From NCBI GenBank assembly GCA_030390025.1, contig JASTWF010000361.1, forward strand, positions 372,001 to 436,000: a stretch of 64,000 nt of DNA, in the 5' to 3' direction. The first letter of the stretch is position 1, and every line of letters begins with the position of its first letter. The translations under genes and the position numbers were made by a program. Of the stretch, positions 1 through 11,833 are shown in pieces. A model generated the notes under the pieces. That model made no database searches, was not told the DNA's origin, and worked only from the letters and a program-made list of their open reading frames with translations. This DNA comes from Squalus acanthias. Taxonomy: Eukaryota.

Positions 1-639
1 GTCAGCTGTACCCACACAGCCTTGGTTTCTTTCGGAGGCCTCTTCCTCCCAGATGAGGGGAAGAGTACCTCCCTGCTGGCTCTCACCCCCTCAACCAGCA
101 TTCCCAGCGACTCATCTGAGAACCTCGGGGAGGCCCTTGCCTTGGAGTTGGCCATTGTTGAAGCTGAAAAAATGTTGGAGGTGGTGCAGCATCGACCAAA
201 ATCCAGTGGAATGAGCCAAGGCAGCAAGCAGCACTTAAATGAAGCTGGATAAGTAACGTCAGCAGAGGCGAGTTTCAGTCCCAAAACACTAACTGGCCCA
301 GGGGAACCCACACCTCTGAAATCAACTGGCCAATTAGGTGAAAATCACAATGTTTTTCCCACCTCTCAGTGGAGGCGAGTTTGGAACCCACCCAAACCGA
401 AACCCGCCTCCAACGGGAAAATCGCCCCCATCCATTCGGCCGTGACTTCCACTTCAAAGACTATTTGAGGCGGTGTCTCAGCCAGCCCTTCCCCCACACC
501 CTCTGACAGCACCTGCTGCTCACAGGGGCACTGCAAGACTCCAGACAGACACCACTTATTAATCAAAGTGTCATTATAGGCTGGAAAGGTTGGTGACATT
601 AGATTCACACCATTTACAGCTGCTCTCGACCTATCTTTT

Positions 640-1110
640 TTTTAAATTTGTTTATGAGATGTGGGCATCGCTGGCAAGTCCAGCATTTATTGCCCATACA
701 TAGTTGCCCTTGAGAAGGTGCTGGTGAGCCACCTTCTTGAACCGCTGCAGTCCATGTGGTGAAGGTACTCCCACAGTGCTGTTAGGGAGTTCCAGGATTT
801 TGACCCAGCGACGATGACGGAAGGGCAAAATATTTCCAAGTCAGGATGGTGTGTGACTTGGAGGGGATGGTATTCCCATGCACCTGTTGCCCTTGTCCTT
901 CTAGGTGGTAGAGGTCATGGGTTTGGGAGGTGCTGTCGAAGAAGCCTTGGCATGAGGGAATGGATGTTTAAGGTGGTGGATGGGGTGCCAATCAAGCGGG
1001 CTGCTTTGTCCTGGATGGTGTCACACTTCTTGAGTGTTATTGGAGCGGCACTCATCCAGGCAAGTGGAGAGTATTCCATCACACTCCTTACTTGTGCCTT
1101 GTAGATGGTA
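640..1110 (-). mobile_element. 3' fragment of a non-LTR retrotransposon (RT C-terminal region plus 3' UTR), degenerate
   Basis: Minus ORF 915-1151 encodes IYKAQVRSVMEYSPLAW...DTIQDKAARLIG, typical of the post-RT thumb region of CR1/L2-group LINEs. Boundaries approximate. Confidence 0.7.
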
Positions 1111-1111
1111 A

Positions 1112-1339
1112 GACCAGGTAAGGATGGCAGATTTCCTTCCCTAAAGGACATTAGTGAACCAGATGGTTTTTTACTACAATCGATAGTTTCATGGTTACCA
1201 TTACTGATACTAGCTTTTTATTCCAGATTTATTTAATTTAAATTTCCCAGCTGCTGTGGTGGGATTTGAACTCACGTCTCTGGATCATTTGTCCCGGCCT
1301 CTGGATTACTAGCCCAGTGACATTACCACTACGCTACCA
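1112..1339 (-). mobile_element. tRNA-derived SINE
   Basis: Minus strand begins GGTAGCGTAGTGGTAATG (A box) and contains GAGTTCAAATCCC (B box) with tRNA-like spacing, followed by a non-tRNA body. Confidence 0.75.
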
Positions 1340-1344
1340 TTTTG

Positions 1345-1610
1345 TTTCTTCACTTGTCTAATTGTTTAATCTCTCCTGCCTTCCAGCCTATCACAGACCT
1401 TCCTTTTGGTTCTTTCCTCCCCTCCCCCCTTTCCCTGCCTCTGTACTTTTAAAACCTGTTACATCTCTAACTTTTTCCAGTTCTGACGAAGGGTCATCGA
1501 GCTGAAACGTTAACTCTGTTTCTCTCTCCACAGATGCTGCCTGACCTGCTGAGTATTTCCAGCATTTTCTGTTTTTATTTCAGATTTCCAGAGTCCGCAG
1601 TATTTGTATT
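1345..1610 (+). mobile_element. Penelope-like element terminal (pLTR) fragment
   Basis: Pyrimidine-rich segment, then a hammerhead core, then ACAGATGCTGCCTGACCTGCTGAGTATTTCCAGCA, an arrangement typical of fish Penelope-like termini. Confidence 0.65.
1479..1515 (+). ncRNA. Minimal type I hammerhead ribozyme motif
   Basis: AGTT-CTGACGA-AGGGTCATCGAGCT-GAAA-CGTT-AACT. Stem I is AGTT/AACT, the CUGANGA and GAAA cores are intact, stem III is the palindrome ACGT, and stem II is weak. Confidence 0.65.
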
Positions 1611-1883
1611 CGATTCACACCTCCGACCCGAGCCGGCTTCAGCTGACTGCAATTTGAGAGAAGCTGTTGCTGAAACTTGTTAGGACTGGTGTTAAATTAA
1701 CAGGAACATCAAGGAAGTGCTGACATTGCAATCAGTGAATTCCAATTTATATACATTGAACAATTCATCTTCATTAAAATCATCCTCAACTTTTAAAAAC
1801 ATCAAGAAGATTTTGTGTTTGAATATAGAATGGGGGAGAAGTTTGAACAAAAACTGCTCCCCCCAGACTTTCCATACCCTTTA

Positions 1884-2241
1884 TAACAATTTGCATTTAT
1901 ATAGCGCCTTTAACGTAGTAAAACGTCCCAAGGTGCTTCACAGGAGTATTCTAAAACAAAATTTGACACTGAGCCACATGAGATATTAGGGCAGGTGACC
2001 AAAAGCTTGGTCAAAGAGGTATATTTTAAGCAGCATTTTAAAGGAGGAGAGAGAGGTAGAGAGGCTGCGAGGTTTAGGAAGGGAATTCCAGAGCTTTGGG
2101 CCTTGGCAGCTGAAGGCACGGCTGCCAATGGTGGAGCAATTAAAATCTGGATGTGCAAGAGGTCAAAGTTAGAGGAGCACAGAAATCTCGGAGGGTTGTG
2201 GGGCTGGAGGACATTACAGAGATAGGGAGGGGCGAGGACAT
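1884..2241 (-). mobile_element. L2-type LINE, 3' part (continues at 9061)
   Basis: L2-like 3' end on the minus strand (plus strand: TTGCATTTATATAGCGCCTTT). The sequence ...GGCGAGGACAT resumes seamlessly as ACATGGAGGGATTTGAAAAC at 9061. Confidence 0.75.
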
Positions 2242-3698
2242 TGTAAGATTCTCAAAATTCACAGATCCCCCAAAAACTCGAAGACAAACCCTAAGGAAAA
2301 AGACTTTGGACTCTTTTCTAGCTATTACAGGGTGGTGAAGTGCTTTGGGCCTAACCGAAGGACTTTTCGAACAAAAACCAAGATTTTGGTATTTTTAAAA
2401 GACATGTCTGGGCTTGTAAGGGAGAAAAGGCTGTGAAGGAAGGTGGGCTCAGCCTCTGTAAAGACAGTTTGGGTATTGGAGCGAATGGGGACTGTCTGGG
2501 GAACCGTATGATCTCGCTGGGAGTGTAAATCGGCCCCTATCAGACATTAGCATCCTAACAATAAACCCGAGGAAAACAGTCTCCACCCCAAGTTACAGAG
2601 CCCATTAAGACATGCATAAAACAAATTACTTCAGCTTACCCTATAGAAATTACAGGCCCAACCAAGAAAACCCAAAACATAAGAACGATCAAACTCTGAT
2701 TAAGTGACACATCAACGGGATGGGGCCATCCCGGAACCACTTCACACCTTAGCAAACCAGTTACCGATGATGAGCCCGCCAAAACTAACAAAGACCGAGA
2801 CCTGATTTGGCGCGCGGATAAGGAACCTTCAATGGGTATAATTGAAGGCCCGTTCTCAACCTGAAAAAGAAGAAGAGGAAGGAAGAACAAGAAGACATCA
2901 ACGGAGGCATTCTCCGCAACACAGTTCTAAAACCAACACCGTTCAGCGTTCCGTGTCCAGCCAGGAGGTTGACAGCTCGAAGGCCAGACCACCCAACAAA
3001 GTAGGCTGACACGAGAAGAAACCAGAACGACCACCTCAGTGACCATCGGACACCTCGCGGCAACAAGACCCTCAAGAAACAACCAACCAAACACGAAGTA
3101 CCAGTATTCGGCCACCGCGACCAAAGAAAAGCAACTCGAAGAAAAACCGAAGAACCGCAAAGTTTCCACTCTACAATCTACTCCTGAATTACCCCTGGGT
3201 AACATTTTCCCTTAAAAAACTCTAAACCCTACTTCTAAACTAAAGAAAGTGGGTACTCACCTGATAAATCCAATACGCACCCAACCGCATCAGCGGACTC
3301 GCGAAGACTGACCAGATACGCAGTTGAAGTCCTCTACCGCGTACGGGGTACGGCAGACACCAACCAACATATAGAGCGAACCCCAAAACCGCGAACTAAC
3401 CTAACTGTCAAGGATTCTGGTGAGTATCATCCCTGGTCCTCTGGAATCCAACCTAGCTAGTGAAGTGGGATTGGGAGGGCTGAAGTATTCTTCTAATGTT
3501 ATTTCCCTCGCTTGTACCGAAGTGTTCCCCACTTTTAGAGTGTTAAGAGTGTTTGTGTTGTGTTTTACTTTCTTGAATAAAGATCAAAATTCTTGCATCA
3601 CAGAAACATAGAAACATAGAAGGTAGGAGCAGGAGTAGGCCATTCGGCCCCTCGAGCCTGCTCCGCCATTCGATGAGATCATGGCTGATCATCCAAAC

Positions 3699-6480
3699 TC
3701 AGTACCCTGTACCTGCCTTCTCCCCATATCCCTTGATACCTTTAGCTTTAAGAACTATATCTAACTCATTCTTGAATATATTTAATGACTTGGCCTCAAC
3801 TACCTTCTGTGGTAGAGAATTCCACAGGTTCACCACTCTCTGGGTGAAGAAATTCTTCCTCATTTCTGTCCTAAATGGCTTACCCGTTATCCGTAGATTA
3901 TGACCCCTGGTTCTGGACTCTCCGACCATCAGGAACATTCTTCCTGCATCTAGTTTGTCCAGACCTGTCAGAATTTTATATGCTTCGATGAGATCCCCTC
4001 TCATTCTTCTATACTCCAGTGAGTATAAGCCCAATCGACCCAATCTCTCCTCATATGTCATTCCTGCCATCCCAGTTATCAGTCTTGTGAATCTTCGCTG
4101 AACTCCTTCCATGGCAAGAACATCCTTACTCAGATAAGGCGACCAAAACTGCACACAGTATTCAAGGTGTGGTCTCACTAAGGCCCTGTACAACTGCAGC
4201 AGGACATCCCTGTTCCTATACTCAAACCCTTTTGCTATGAAGGCCAACATACCATTTGCCTTCTTCACCGCCTGCTGCACCTGTATGCTTACTTTCAGCG
4301 ACTGGTGCACAAGGACACCCAGGTCTCGTTGCACTTCCCCTTCTCCCAATCTATTGCCATTCAGATAATAGTCTGCCTTTCTGTTTTTGACACCAAAGTG
4401 GATAACCTCGCACTTATCCACGTTGCATCTGCCACGCTTCTGCCCACTCACCCAACCTGTCCAAATCATCCTGGAGTTTCTCGGTATCCTCCTCGCAGCA
4501 CACACTCCCACCCAGCTTTGTGTCATCTGCAAACTTGGAGATATTACATTTAATTCCCTTATCTAGATCATTAATGTATATTGTGAATAGCTGGATCCCT
4601 GCGCTACCCCACTAGTCACTGCTTGCCACTCGGAAAAAGACCCATTAATTCCTACTCTCTGCTTTCTGTCCGCCAACCAGTTCTCTATCCAAGTCAATAC
4701 CTTGCCCCCAATCCCATGTGCCTTAACTTTACACGCTAATCTCTTATGCGGGACCTTATCGAAAGCCTTTTGAAAGTCCAAATACACCACATCTACTGGT
4801 TCTCCCTTATTTATTTTCCCAGTTACATCCTTAAAAAATTCCAGTAGATTAGTCAAGCACGATTTACCTTTTGTAAATCCATGTTGACTTTGTCCGATCC
4901 TGTCACTGTTTTTCAAGTGCTCAGCTATTACATCCTTTATAATGGACTCTAGCATTTTCCCCAATACCGATGTCAGGCATACCGGTCTGTAATTCCCCGC
5001 TTTCTCTCTACCACACTTTTTGAATAGTGGGGTAACATTGGCTACCCTCCAATCCATGGGTACAGTTTCAGATTCCATCGAATGTTGGAAGATGATCAGC
5101 AATGCATCTACTATTTCTAGGGCCACTTCCTCAAGTACCCTAGGATGTAGATTATCAGGCCCTGGGGATTTATCGGCCTTCAATACCGTCAATTTCCCTA
5201 ACACCATTTCCCTGCAAATACTGATTTCTTTCAGTTCCTCCCTTTCATCAGACCGTATGTTCTCCAACATCTCTGGGAGCTTATTTGTGTCCTCCTTTGT
5301 GAAGACAGAACCAAAATATGCATTTAATTGGGCTGCTATTTCTTTGTTCCCCATTCTAACTTCCCCCGCTTCTGACTGCAAGGGACCTACACTTGATTTC
5401 ACTAATCTTTTTCTCTTCACATATCTATAAAAGCTCTTACAGTCACTTTTTATGTTCCCAGAAAGCTTACTTTCATATTCTATTTTCACCTTCTTAATTA
5501 ATCCCTTTGTCCTCCTTTGTTGAATCCTAAACTGCTCCCAATCCTCAGGGCTACCGCTTTTTCTGGCCAATTTATATGCCCTCTCCTTGGATCTTATGCT
5601 ATCCCTAATTTCCCTTGTTAGCCACGGTTGAGTCACCCTTTTTGTTTTATTCTTATGCCACACTGGGATGAACAAATTCTGTAGTTCATCCATGCAGTCT
5701 TTGAATGTTTGCCATTGTCTATCCACTGTCAACCCCTTGAGTGACATTCCCCAATCAATCCTACCCAATTCGTGCCTCATACCATCGTAGTTTCCTTTAT
5801 TTAAATTCAGGACCCTAGTCTCTGATTCATCTACTTCACTCTCCATCCTAATGAAGAATTCTATCATATTATGATCACTCTGACCCAAGGGGCCTCGTAC
5901 AACAAGATTGCTAATTAATCCTTTCTCGTTACATAATACCCAGTCTAAGATGGCCTGATCTCTGGTTGGTTCCTCGACATATTGTTCCAGAAAACCATCT
6001 CGTAAACATTCTAGGAATTCCTCCTCCACAGTATTTTTACTGATTTGGTTAGCCCAATCTATATGTAAATTAAAGTCACCCATGATGACTGCTGTGCCCT
6101 TACTGCATGCTTCTCTAATTTCCCTTTTAATGCCATCCCCAACCTCTGTATTACTGTTTGGAGGTCTATATACCACTCCCACTAACGTTTTCTGCCCCTT
6201 GTTATTTCTCAGTTCTACCCATACAGATTCTGCATCATCAGAGCTAATATCCTTCCTTTCAATTGTGTTAATCCCCTCTTTAACCAGCAATGCTACCCCA
6301 CCTCCCTTTCTTTTTTGCCTATCTTTCCTAAATATTGAATAACCCTGGATGTTGAGTTCCCAGCCTTGGCCACCCTGGAGCCATGTTTCTGTAATCCCAA
6401 TCAAACCGTATTCATTTACCTCTATTTGCGCAGCTAATTCATCCACGTTGTTCCGAATGCTCCTTGCATTAAGACACAAA
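3699..6480 (-). pseudogene. CR1 ORF2 (apurinic endonuclease plus reverse transcriptase), frameshifted
   Basis: Motifs LNARSI, ITETW, MGDFN, SDHN, KSPGPD, YLDFQKAFDKV and LVRPHLEYC. Frame breaks near 4595 (deletion in [10 protein letters not shown]) and near 4430. The N-terminal KTSLKA lies beyond the MITE at about 7378-7395. Confidence 0.9.
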
Positions 6481-7374
6481 GGGGTAGAAATTAGGTCGCG
6501 CCCCATTTGGGGCGCAAATATCGTCTGGACGCAAATATTAGCGCCTGGCGCTAATTATCGGCACTGACTGGAAACTTCACTTTTACCGCCCCGGGAGGTG
6601 AGTGGAGCGCTAAATCAGGCGCTGCACACCTGTCTTAAGGCGCAAAGGCCAAGGAGTGAGGCGCTAACTCAGAGCGCTGGCGAAGCTCATGTAATGTCAG
6701 TCAGCAATGGAACACACACACAATGGCACGGGCCAGTTCTTAAAGGGGATGGTTTATTCTTGCTTTCCATCCACATCCTGTTCATTGCAGCCTTGAATCT
6801 CGGCCTGGAGAGACTTGCACATCAAATGTGCTGGAAAGAACAATGGAGAGTACCAGGCAAAGAGCTCAGAGTGCAGCTCCCACAGTCTCTGCTAAATCGA
6901 TACAAGGAATGGCAAATCAAAATGAACCTGCAAAGTGCTGCTCAGTACCCAAAACTCCTTCACACAACGTTGAATCTCTCCAGAAGTCTCTCCCTCTCTC
7001 TCTCAGAATGCGTAGTTCAAAAATGGCAACAACAATAAAAGACAGGAAGAGGCCCCCTTTAAATAGCGCCCCCCCCAGCCCCACAGCGATTGATAGCGTT
7101 CCAGTCTTCTGGTCGTTGGATGCACCAGGCGGTAAGGCAGGGGGCGTCACTCAATTTCCGCTCCGGGGCGCCACAAGGGCGTTGCACCATGGAATGACGT
7201 CACAATCTGCGCGCGCAGGTGGTCGCAGCGGTAAAGTTTAGCGCCGCCGCACAATGTCTAGTTAAGTTCCCGAGCGGCGCAAACATCGCTGCACCCGGGC
7301 GTTAGCGGCTTTGCGCCCCATTAGCGCCCTCTTAAGGCGCTAACGGGAGGTGCAACCAACTGAATTTTTACCCC
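6481..7374. mobile_element. Non-autonomous DNA transposon (MITE), PIF/Harbinger-like
   Basis: Imperfect TIRs GGGGTAGAAATTAGGT and (revcomp) GGGGTAAAAATTCAGTT. 3-bp TSD AAA (6478-6480 and 7375-7377). Removing it restores CR1 ORF2 KALCLNARSI. No transposase ORF. Confidence 0.8.
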
Positions 7375-7563
7375 AAAGCCTTCAGGCTTGTTTTTTTTAA
7401 CGCTCTCAGACCTATATGAATTATTATTTACTGTGACCATGTTTGATTTTAACCGTTGAGTTCTTTGCCGTCTACTTTTGTTTTGCTCCTTCCTGTCCTT
7501 AGCTTTTATCCTTGTTTCCCTTTCCTCTGTCTCCCTGCTCAGGTTCCCAACCCCCTGCCACTT

Positions 7564-8513
7564 TAGTTTAAACCCTCCCCAACAGCACAAGCAAACACTC
7601 CCCCTAGGACATCGGTCCCAGCCCTGCCCAGGTGCAGACCGTCCCGTTTGTACTGGTCCCACCTCCCCCAGAACCGGTTACAATGTCCAGCGGAATTTGA
7701 ATCCCTCCCCCTTGCACCATTCCTCTAGCCACGTATTCATTTGAAATATCCTCCTATTTCTACTCTGACTAGCACGTGGCACTGGTAGCAATCCTGAGAT
7801 TACTACCTTTGAGGTCCTCTTTTTTAATTTACCTCCTAACTCCCTGTATTCTGCTTTTAGGACCTCATCCCGTTTTTTACCTATATCGTTGATGCCTATG
7901 TGCACCACGACAACTGGCTGTTCGCCCTCCCCCTCCAAAATGTTCTGTAGCCGCTCCGAGACGTCCTTGACCCTTGCACCAGGGAGGCAACACACCATCC
8001 TGGAGTCTCGATTGCGGCCGCAGAAACGCCTATCTATTCCCCTTACAATTGAATCCCCTATCACTATAGCTCTTCCACACTTTTTCCTCCCAGCTTGTGC
8101 AGCAGAGCCACCCATGGTGCCAGGAAATTGGCTGCTGCCGCCTTCCCCGATAAATCATCCCCCCCAACAGCATCCAAAGAGGTATATCTGTTTGAGAGGG
8201 GGATGGCCACAGGGGACCCCTGCACTACCTGCCTGCACCTCTTACTCTGCCTGGTGGTCACCCATTCACTTCCTGCCTGTACACCCTTTACCTGCGGTGT
8301 GACCAACTCGCTAAACGTGTTATTCACGACGTTCTCAGCGCCGCGAATGCTCCAATATGCATCCATCCGCAGTTCCAGCGCCACAATGCGGTCCGTCAGT
8401 AGCTGCAGCTGGATACATTTCCCACACACATGGTCATCAGGGACACAGGAAGTGTCCCTGATTTCCCACATATAGCAGGAGGAGCATATCACGGCGCCGA
8501 GCTCTGCTGCCAT
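7564..8513 (-). pseudogene. CR1 ORF1 (zinc finger/leucine zipper plus SGNH esterase domain), frameshifted
   Basis: ORF 8064-8513 has CSSC...CGKC plus a heptad. ORF 7678-8115 has IVIGDSIVR...CLPGARV...HIGINDI (GDSL/SGNH blocks). Confidence 0.85.
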
Positions 8514-9060
8514 GACTTACCCTTTAATTAATTAATTAAAATTAAACTAATTGAATCCTACCAATTTCACTTCAATTAAATGATATACTCAAGGGCCCTT
8601 GCTTAACAGCAGTCCCCGCTACACCACAGAGACTCTAGAAACTATAAACCACAGAATTTAAGTATGGAAAAAAGGAGAAAAAGAGAAATACTCACCAACC
8701 AATCACTTACCTGCTTTCTGGTGACGTCACACTTTGATTATTTTCTACTTCTCTCTCTCCCGCTCTCGGGGCTCAGATTGGTCGCCTACCTGGTTGCTGC
8801 CGCCTTTTCTCAGCTCCGCCTCGCCGCTGTCGCTTCACCCAGGTCCGCCGTCTCTGTTGGCCTACCTGGTCGCCACCTCTTTTACAGCCGCCGCCTCGCC
8901 GCTGTCGCTCCACCCAGGTCCGCCGCCTCAAAACCAGTTGTCTGCTGCACTTTTTATCACAACCCCCAAATAAGTCCAAGATCTAGAACCAAGGGAGCGG
9001 GAGCGATTCGAACTGCTCAGAAGTCAGAGGTGAAGCTGACACAAACCACCACCCCCGACA

Positions 9061-9414
9061 ACATGGAGGGATTTGAAAACAAGGACAAGAATGTTAAAAT
9101 CGAGACGTTGCTTAACCGGGAGCCAATGTAGGTCAGCGAGCACAGGGGTGATGTGGGAATGTAACTTGGTGCGAGTTTGGACATGGGCAGACGAGTTTTG
9201 GATGAACTTAAGTTTACGGAGGGTAGAAGTTGGGAGGCCGCCAGGAGAGCGTTGGAATAGTTGAGTCCAGAGGTAAAAAAAAGCATGGATGAGGGTTTCA
9301 GCAGCAGAAGAGCTGAGGCGGGGCAGAGACAGGCGATATTACGGCGGTGGAAGTAGGTGGTCTTGGAGATGGACAGGATTATGGAGTTGGAAGTTCAGCT
9401 TAGGACCAAATAGG
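9061..9414 (-). mobile_element. L2-type LINE, continuation
   Basis: Minus-strand TSGLNYSNALLA matches the L2 ORF2 SRLDYxNALL motif. Joins 2241 through the ACAT TSD. Confidence 0.75.
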
Positions 9415-10157
9415 AAAGTATCCCGTATGCCTTCTTAACCACCTTATCTACCTGTCCTGCAACCTTCAGTGATCTGTGGACATGCACACCAAGGTCCCTC
9501 GACACTTCTCAGTATCCTACCATTTATTGTGTATGTCCATGTGTTGTTAGCTCTCCCCAAATGCAATACCTCACACTTCTCTAGACTGAATTCCATTACC
9601 ACTTTTCTGCCCACCTGACCAGTCCATTGATATCTTCCTGAAGTCTGCAGCTTTCTTTATCATTATCAACCATATGGCTAATTTTTGTGTCATCTGCAAA
9701 CTTCTTTATCATGCCCCCTACATTGAAGTCTAAATCATTGATATATCCCACAAAACACAAGGGACCTAGTACTGAGCCCTGCGGATCACCACTGGAAACA
9801 GCCTTCCAGTCACAAAAACACCCGTCAACTATTACCCTTTGTTTCCTGCCACTTTCCCTTCGATCCCATGGGCTTTTACTTTTCTGAAATGTCTGCCATG
9901 TGAGACCTTGTTAGAAGCCTTGCTAAAATCCATGTAGATTACATCAAATGCGCTACCCTCATCGACCCTCCTTGTTACCTCCTCAAAAAATTCAGTCAAG
10001 TTAGTCAAACACGACCTTCCCTTAAAAATCCCTGCTGACTGTCCTTGATTAATCCGTGCCTTTCTAAATGATGATTAATACTGTCCCTCAGAATTTTTTC
10101 CAATAATTTGCCCACCACCAAGGTTAGGCTGACTGGCCTGTAATTACTCGGTCTGTC
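9415..10157 (-). mobile_element. Older internal CR1 ORF2 fragment, degenerate
   Basis: Minus strand shows remnants of [32 protein letters not shown] and KFADDTK. Confidence 0.75.
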
Positions 10158-11580
10158 CAATGGCTTCAGTTTTCCCCATATTTAATGGGTGGAAATTTCT
10201 GCTCATCCATTACTGGATTTCAGGCCAGCAATGTGACAAATCAGAGACAGTGGAGGGGTCGAGATAGGCGATGGTGAGTTAGAGCTGGGTTTCACCAGTG
10301 TACATGTGGAACCTAACGTTGTGCTTTCGGATGATAATGTGGACAAGTGCGAAGTTATCCACCTTGGGTGCAGGAACGGGAGGGCAAATTATTATTTAAA
10401 TGGCAATAAATTGGGAGAGGGGGAAGTACAGAGAGACCTGGGTGTTCTTGTACACCAGTCACTGAAGGCGAGCATGCAGGTGCAACAGGCGGTCAAGAAG
10501 GCAAACGGTATGCTGGCCTTCATAGCAAAAGGGTTGGAATACAGGAACAGGGATACCTTGCTGCAGCTGTACAGGGGACTGGTGAGACCACACCTCGAGT
10601 ACTGTGTACAGTTTTGGTCGCCTCATCTGAGGAAAGATGTTCTTGCCATGGAGGGGGTGCAGCGGCGATTCACCAGGCTGATACCAGGAATGGCGGGATT
10701 GACCTATGAGGAGAGACTATGTAGTTTAGGGATGTACACACTGGAGTGTAGAAGATTGAGAGGGGACCTCATAGAAGTGTATAAAATTCTGACAGGTCTA
10801 GACAGACTAGATGCAGAAGGAATGTTTCCCTTGGCGGGTGAGAACAGAACTAGAGGACATAATTTAAGGATAAGGGCTAAACCATTTAGGACAGAAATGA
10901 GGGGGAATTTCTTCACTCAGAGGGTGGTGAACCTGTGGAACTCATTGCCACAGAGGGCAGTGTACGCCAGCTCATTAAATATATTTAAGAGGGAATTAGA
11001 TATATTTCTACAGGCAAAAGGGGTTAAGGGTTACGGAGAGAAGGCGGGGACGGGATACTGAATTGGAGGATCAGCCATGATCTCATTAAATGGCGGAGCA
11101 GGCTCGAAGGGCCGGATGGCCTACTCCTGCTCCTATCTTCTATGTATCTATGTATCTATGATGTCACCAAAGGGAAGCATGTAGATGAGAAATAGGAGGG
11201 GGCCAAGGACAGATCCTTGGGGGACACCAGAGGTAACGGTGCGGGAGTGGGAAGAGAAGCAATTGCAGGTGATTCTCTGGCTACAATTAGATAAAGAAAG
11301 AATGGAACCAGGTGAGTGCAGTCCCACCCAGCTGGACGGCGGAGAGCGGCATTAGAGGAGGATGGAGTGGTCAATCGTGTCAAATGCTGCAGACAGGTCA
11401 AGAAGGATGAGGAGGGATAGATTACCATGGTCACAGTAACACAGGATGTCATTTGTGACTTTGATAAGAGCCGTTTCGGTACTGTGGGAGGGGTGGAAAC
11501 CTGATTGGAGGGGTTCAAATATGCAGCTTCGGGACAGATGTAGATGGATTTGGGAGGACTTTGGACAGGAAAGGGTAGTT
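10158..11580 (-). mobile_element. L2-type LINE RT region, split by the CR1 at 10336-11160
   Basis: Minus strand shows [19 protein letters not shown] (11175-11228) and [12 protein letters not shown] (about 11365-11403). Sequence is continuous across the CR1. Confidence 0.75.
10336..11160 (+). mobile_element. 5'-truncated young CR1 (ORF2 C-terminus plus 3' UTR)
   Basis: Open frame NVDKCEV...GEKAGTGY* ending at 11061, (TATGTATC)n tail, ATGAT duplicated at 10331-10335 and 11158-11162. Nearly identical to 35184-36008. Confidence 0.92.
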
Positions 11581-11654
11581 GTCGATGATAATGTCAGAAC
11601 CAGTGGTCACTGTATCATTACATATGTGACCCCTTGTTTTAAACATTGAGGGAT

Positions 11655-11830
11655 ATCTCTCTCCCCTTGCCTCTTTCTTCCTCCTCACCCCATCTCTCTC
11701 TCCCTTTCTCTGTGTCTCTCCCTACCTTCTTCCGCCCCAGTCCTCACCCAGCTTCTCTTTCTCCCCTCTACCTCAGTCCTTCAAATTTTACCTCCACATC
11801 TGTCTCTCATTGTACTTCTTCCGAGGTATC
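11655..11830 (+). repeat. Pyrimidine-rich low-complexity tract bordering the satellite
   Basis: CT-rich composition seen directly. Confidence 0.6.
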
Positions 11831-11833
11831 AAT

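Larger units (their letters stand above)
3601..8927 (-). mobile_element. Near full-length CR1 LINE, degenerate, interrupted by a MITE
   Basis: GC-rich 5' UTR with a tandem duplication (8816-8850 and 8891-8925), ORF1, APE-RT ORF2, and an 8-bp tail repeat (AGAAACAT)n on the plus strand at 3601-3620. Possible 3-bp TSD TCA. Confidence 0.92.
2242..9060 (+). mobile_element. Solo LTR (~1.5 kb: 2242-3600 plus 8931-9060) split by a CR1 insertion
   Basis: TGT...ACA termini, 4-bp TSD ACAT (2238-2241 and 9061-9064), splice-donor-like GTGAGT at 3420-3425, AATAAA at 3576-3581. Confidence 0.75.

Noticed and set aside
1..630. Short ORFs and a possible transposon remnant at the window start
   Set aside because: No recognisable domain, termini or TSD could be established.
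6481..6506. Predicted start MGRDLISTP of the 647-aa ORF
   Set aside because: This peptide comes from the MITE terminus; the real CR1 ORF2 N-terminus lies beyond 7375.
10306..10335. N-terminus MEPNVVLSDD of the 251-aa ORF as a chimeric gene
   Set aside because: It is antisense L2 sequence fortuitously in frame with a truncated CR1.
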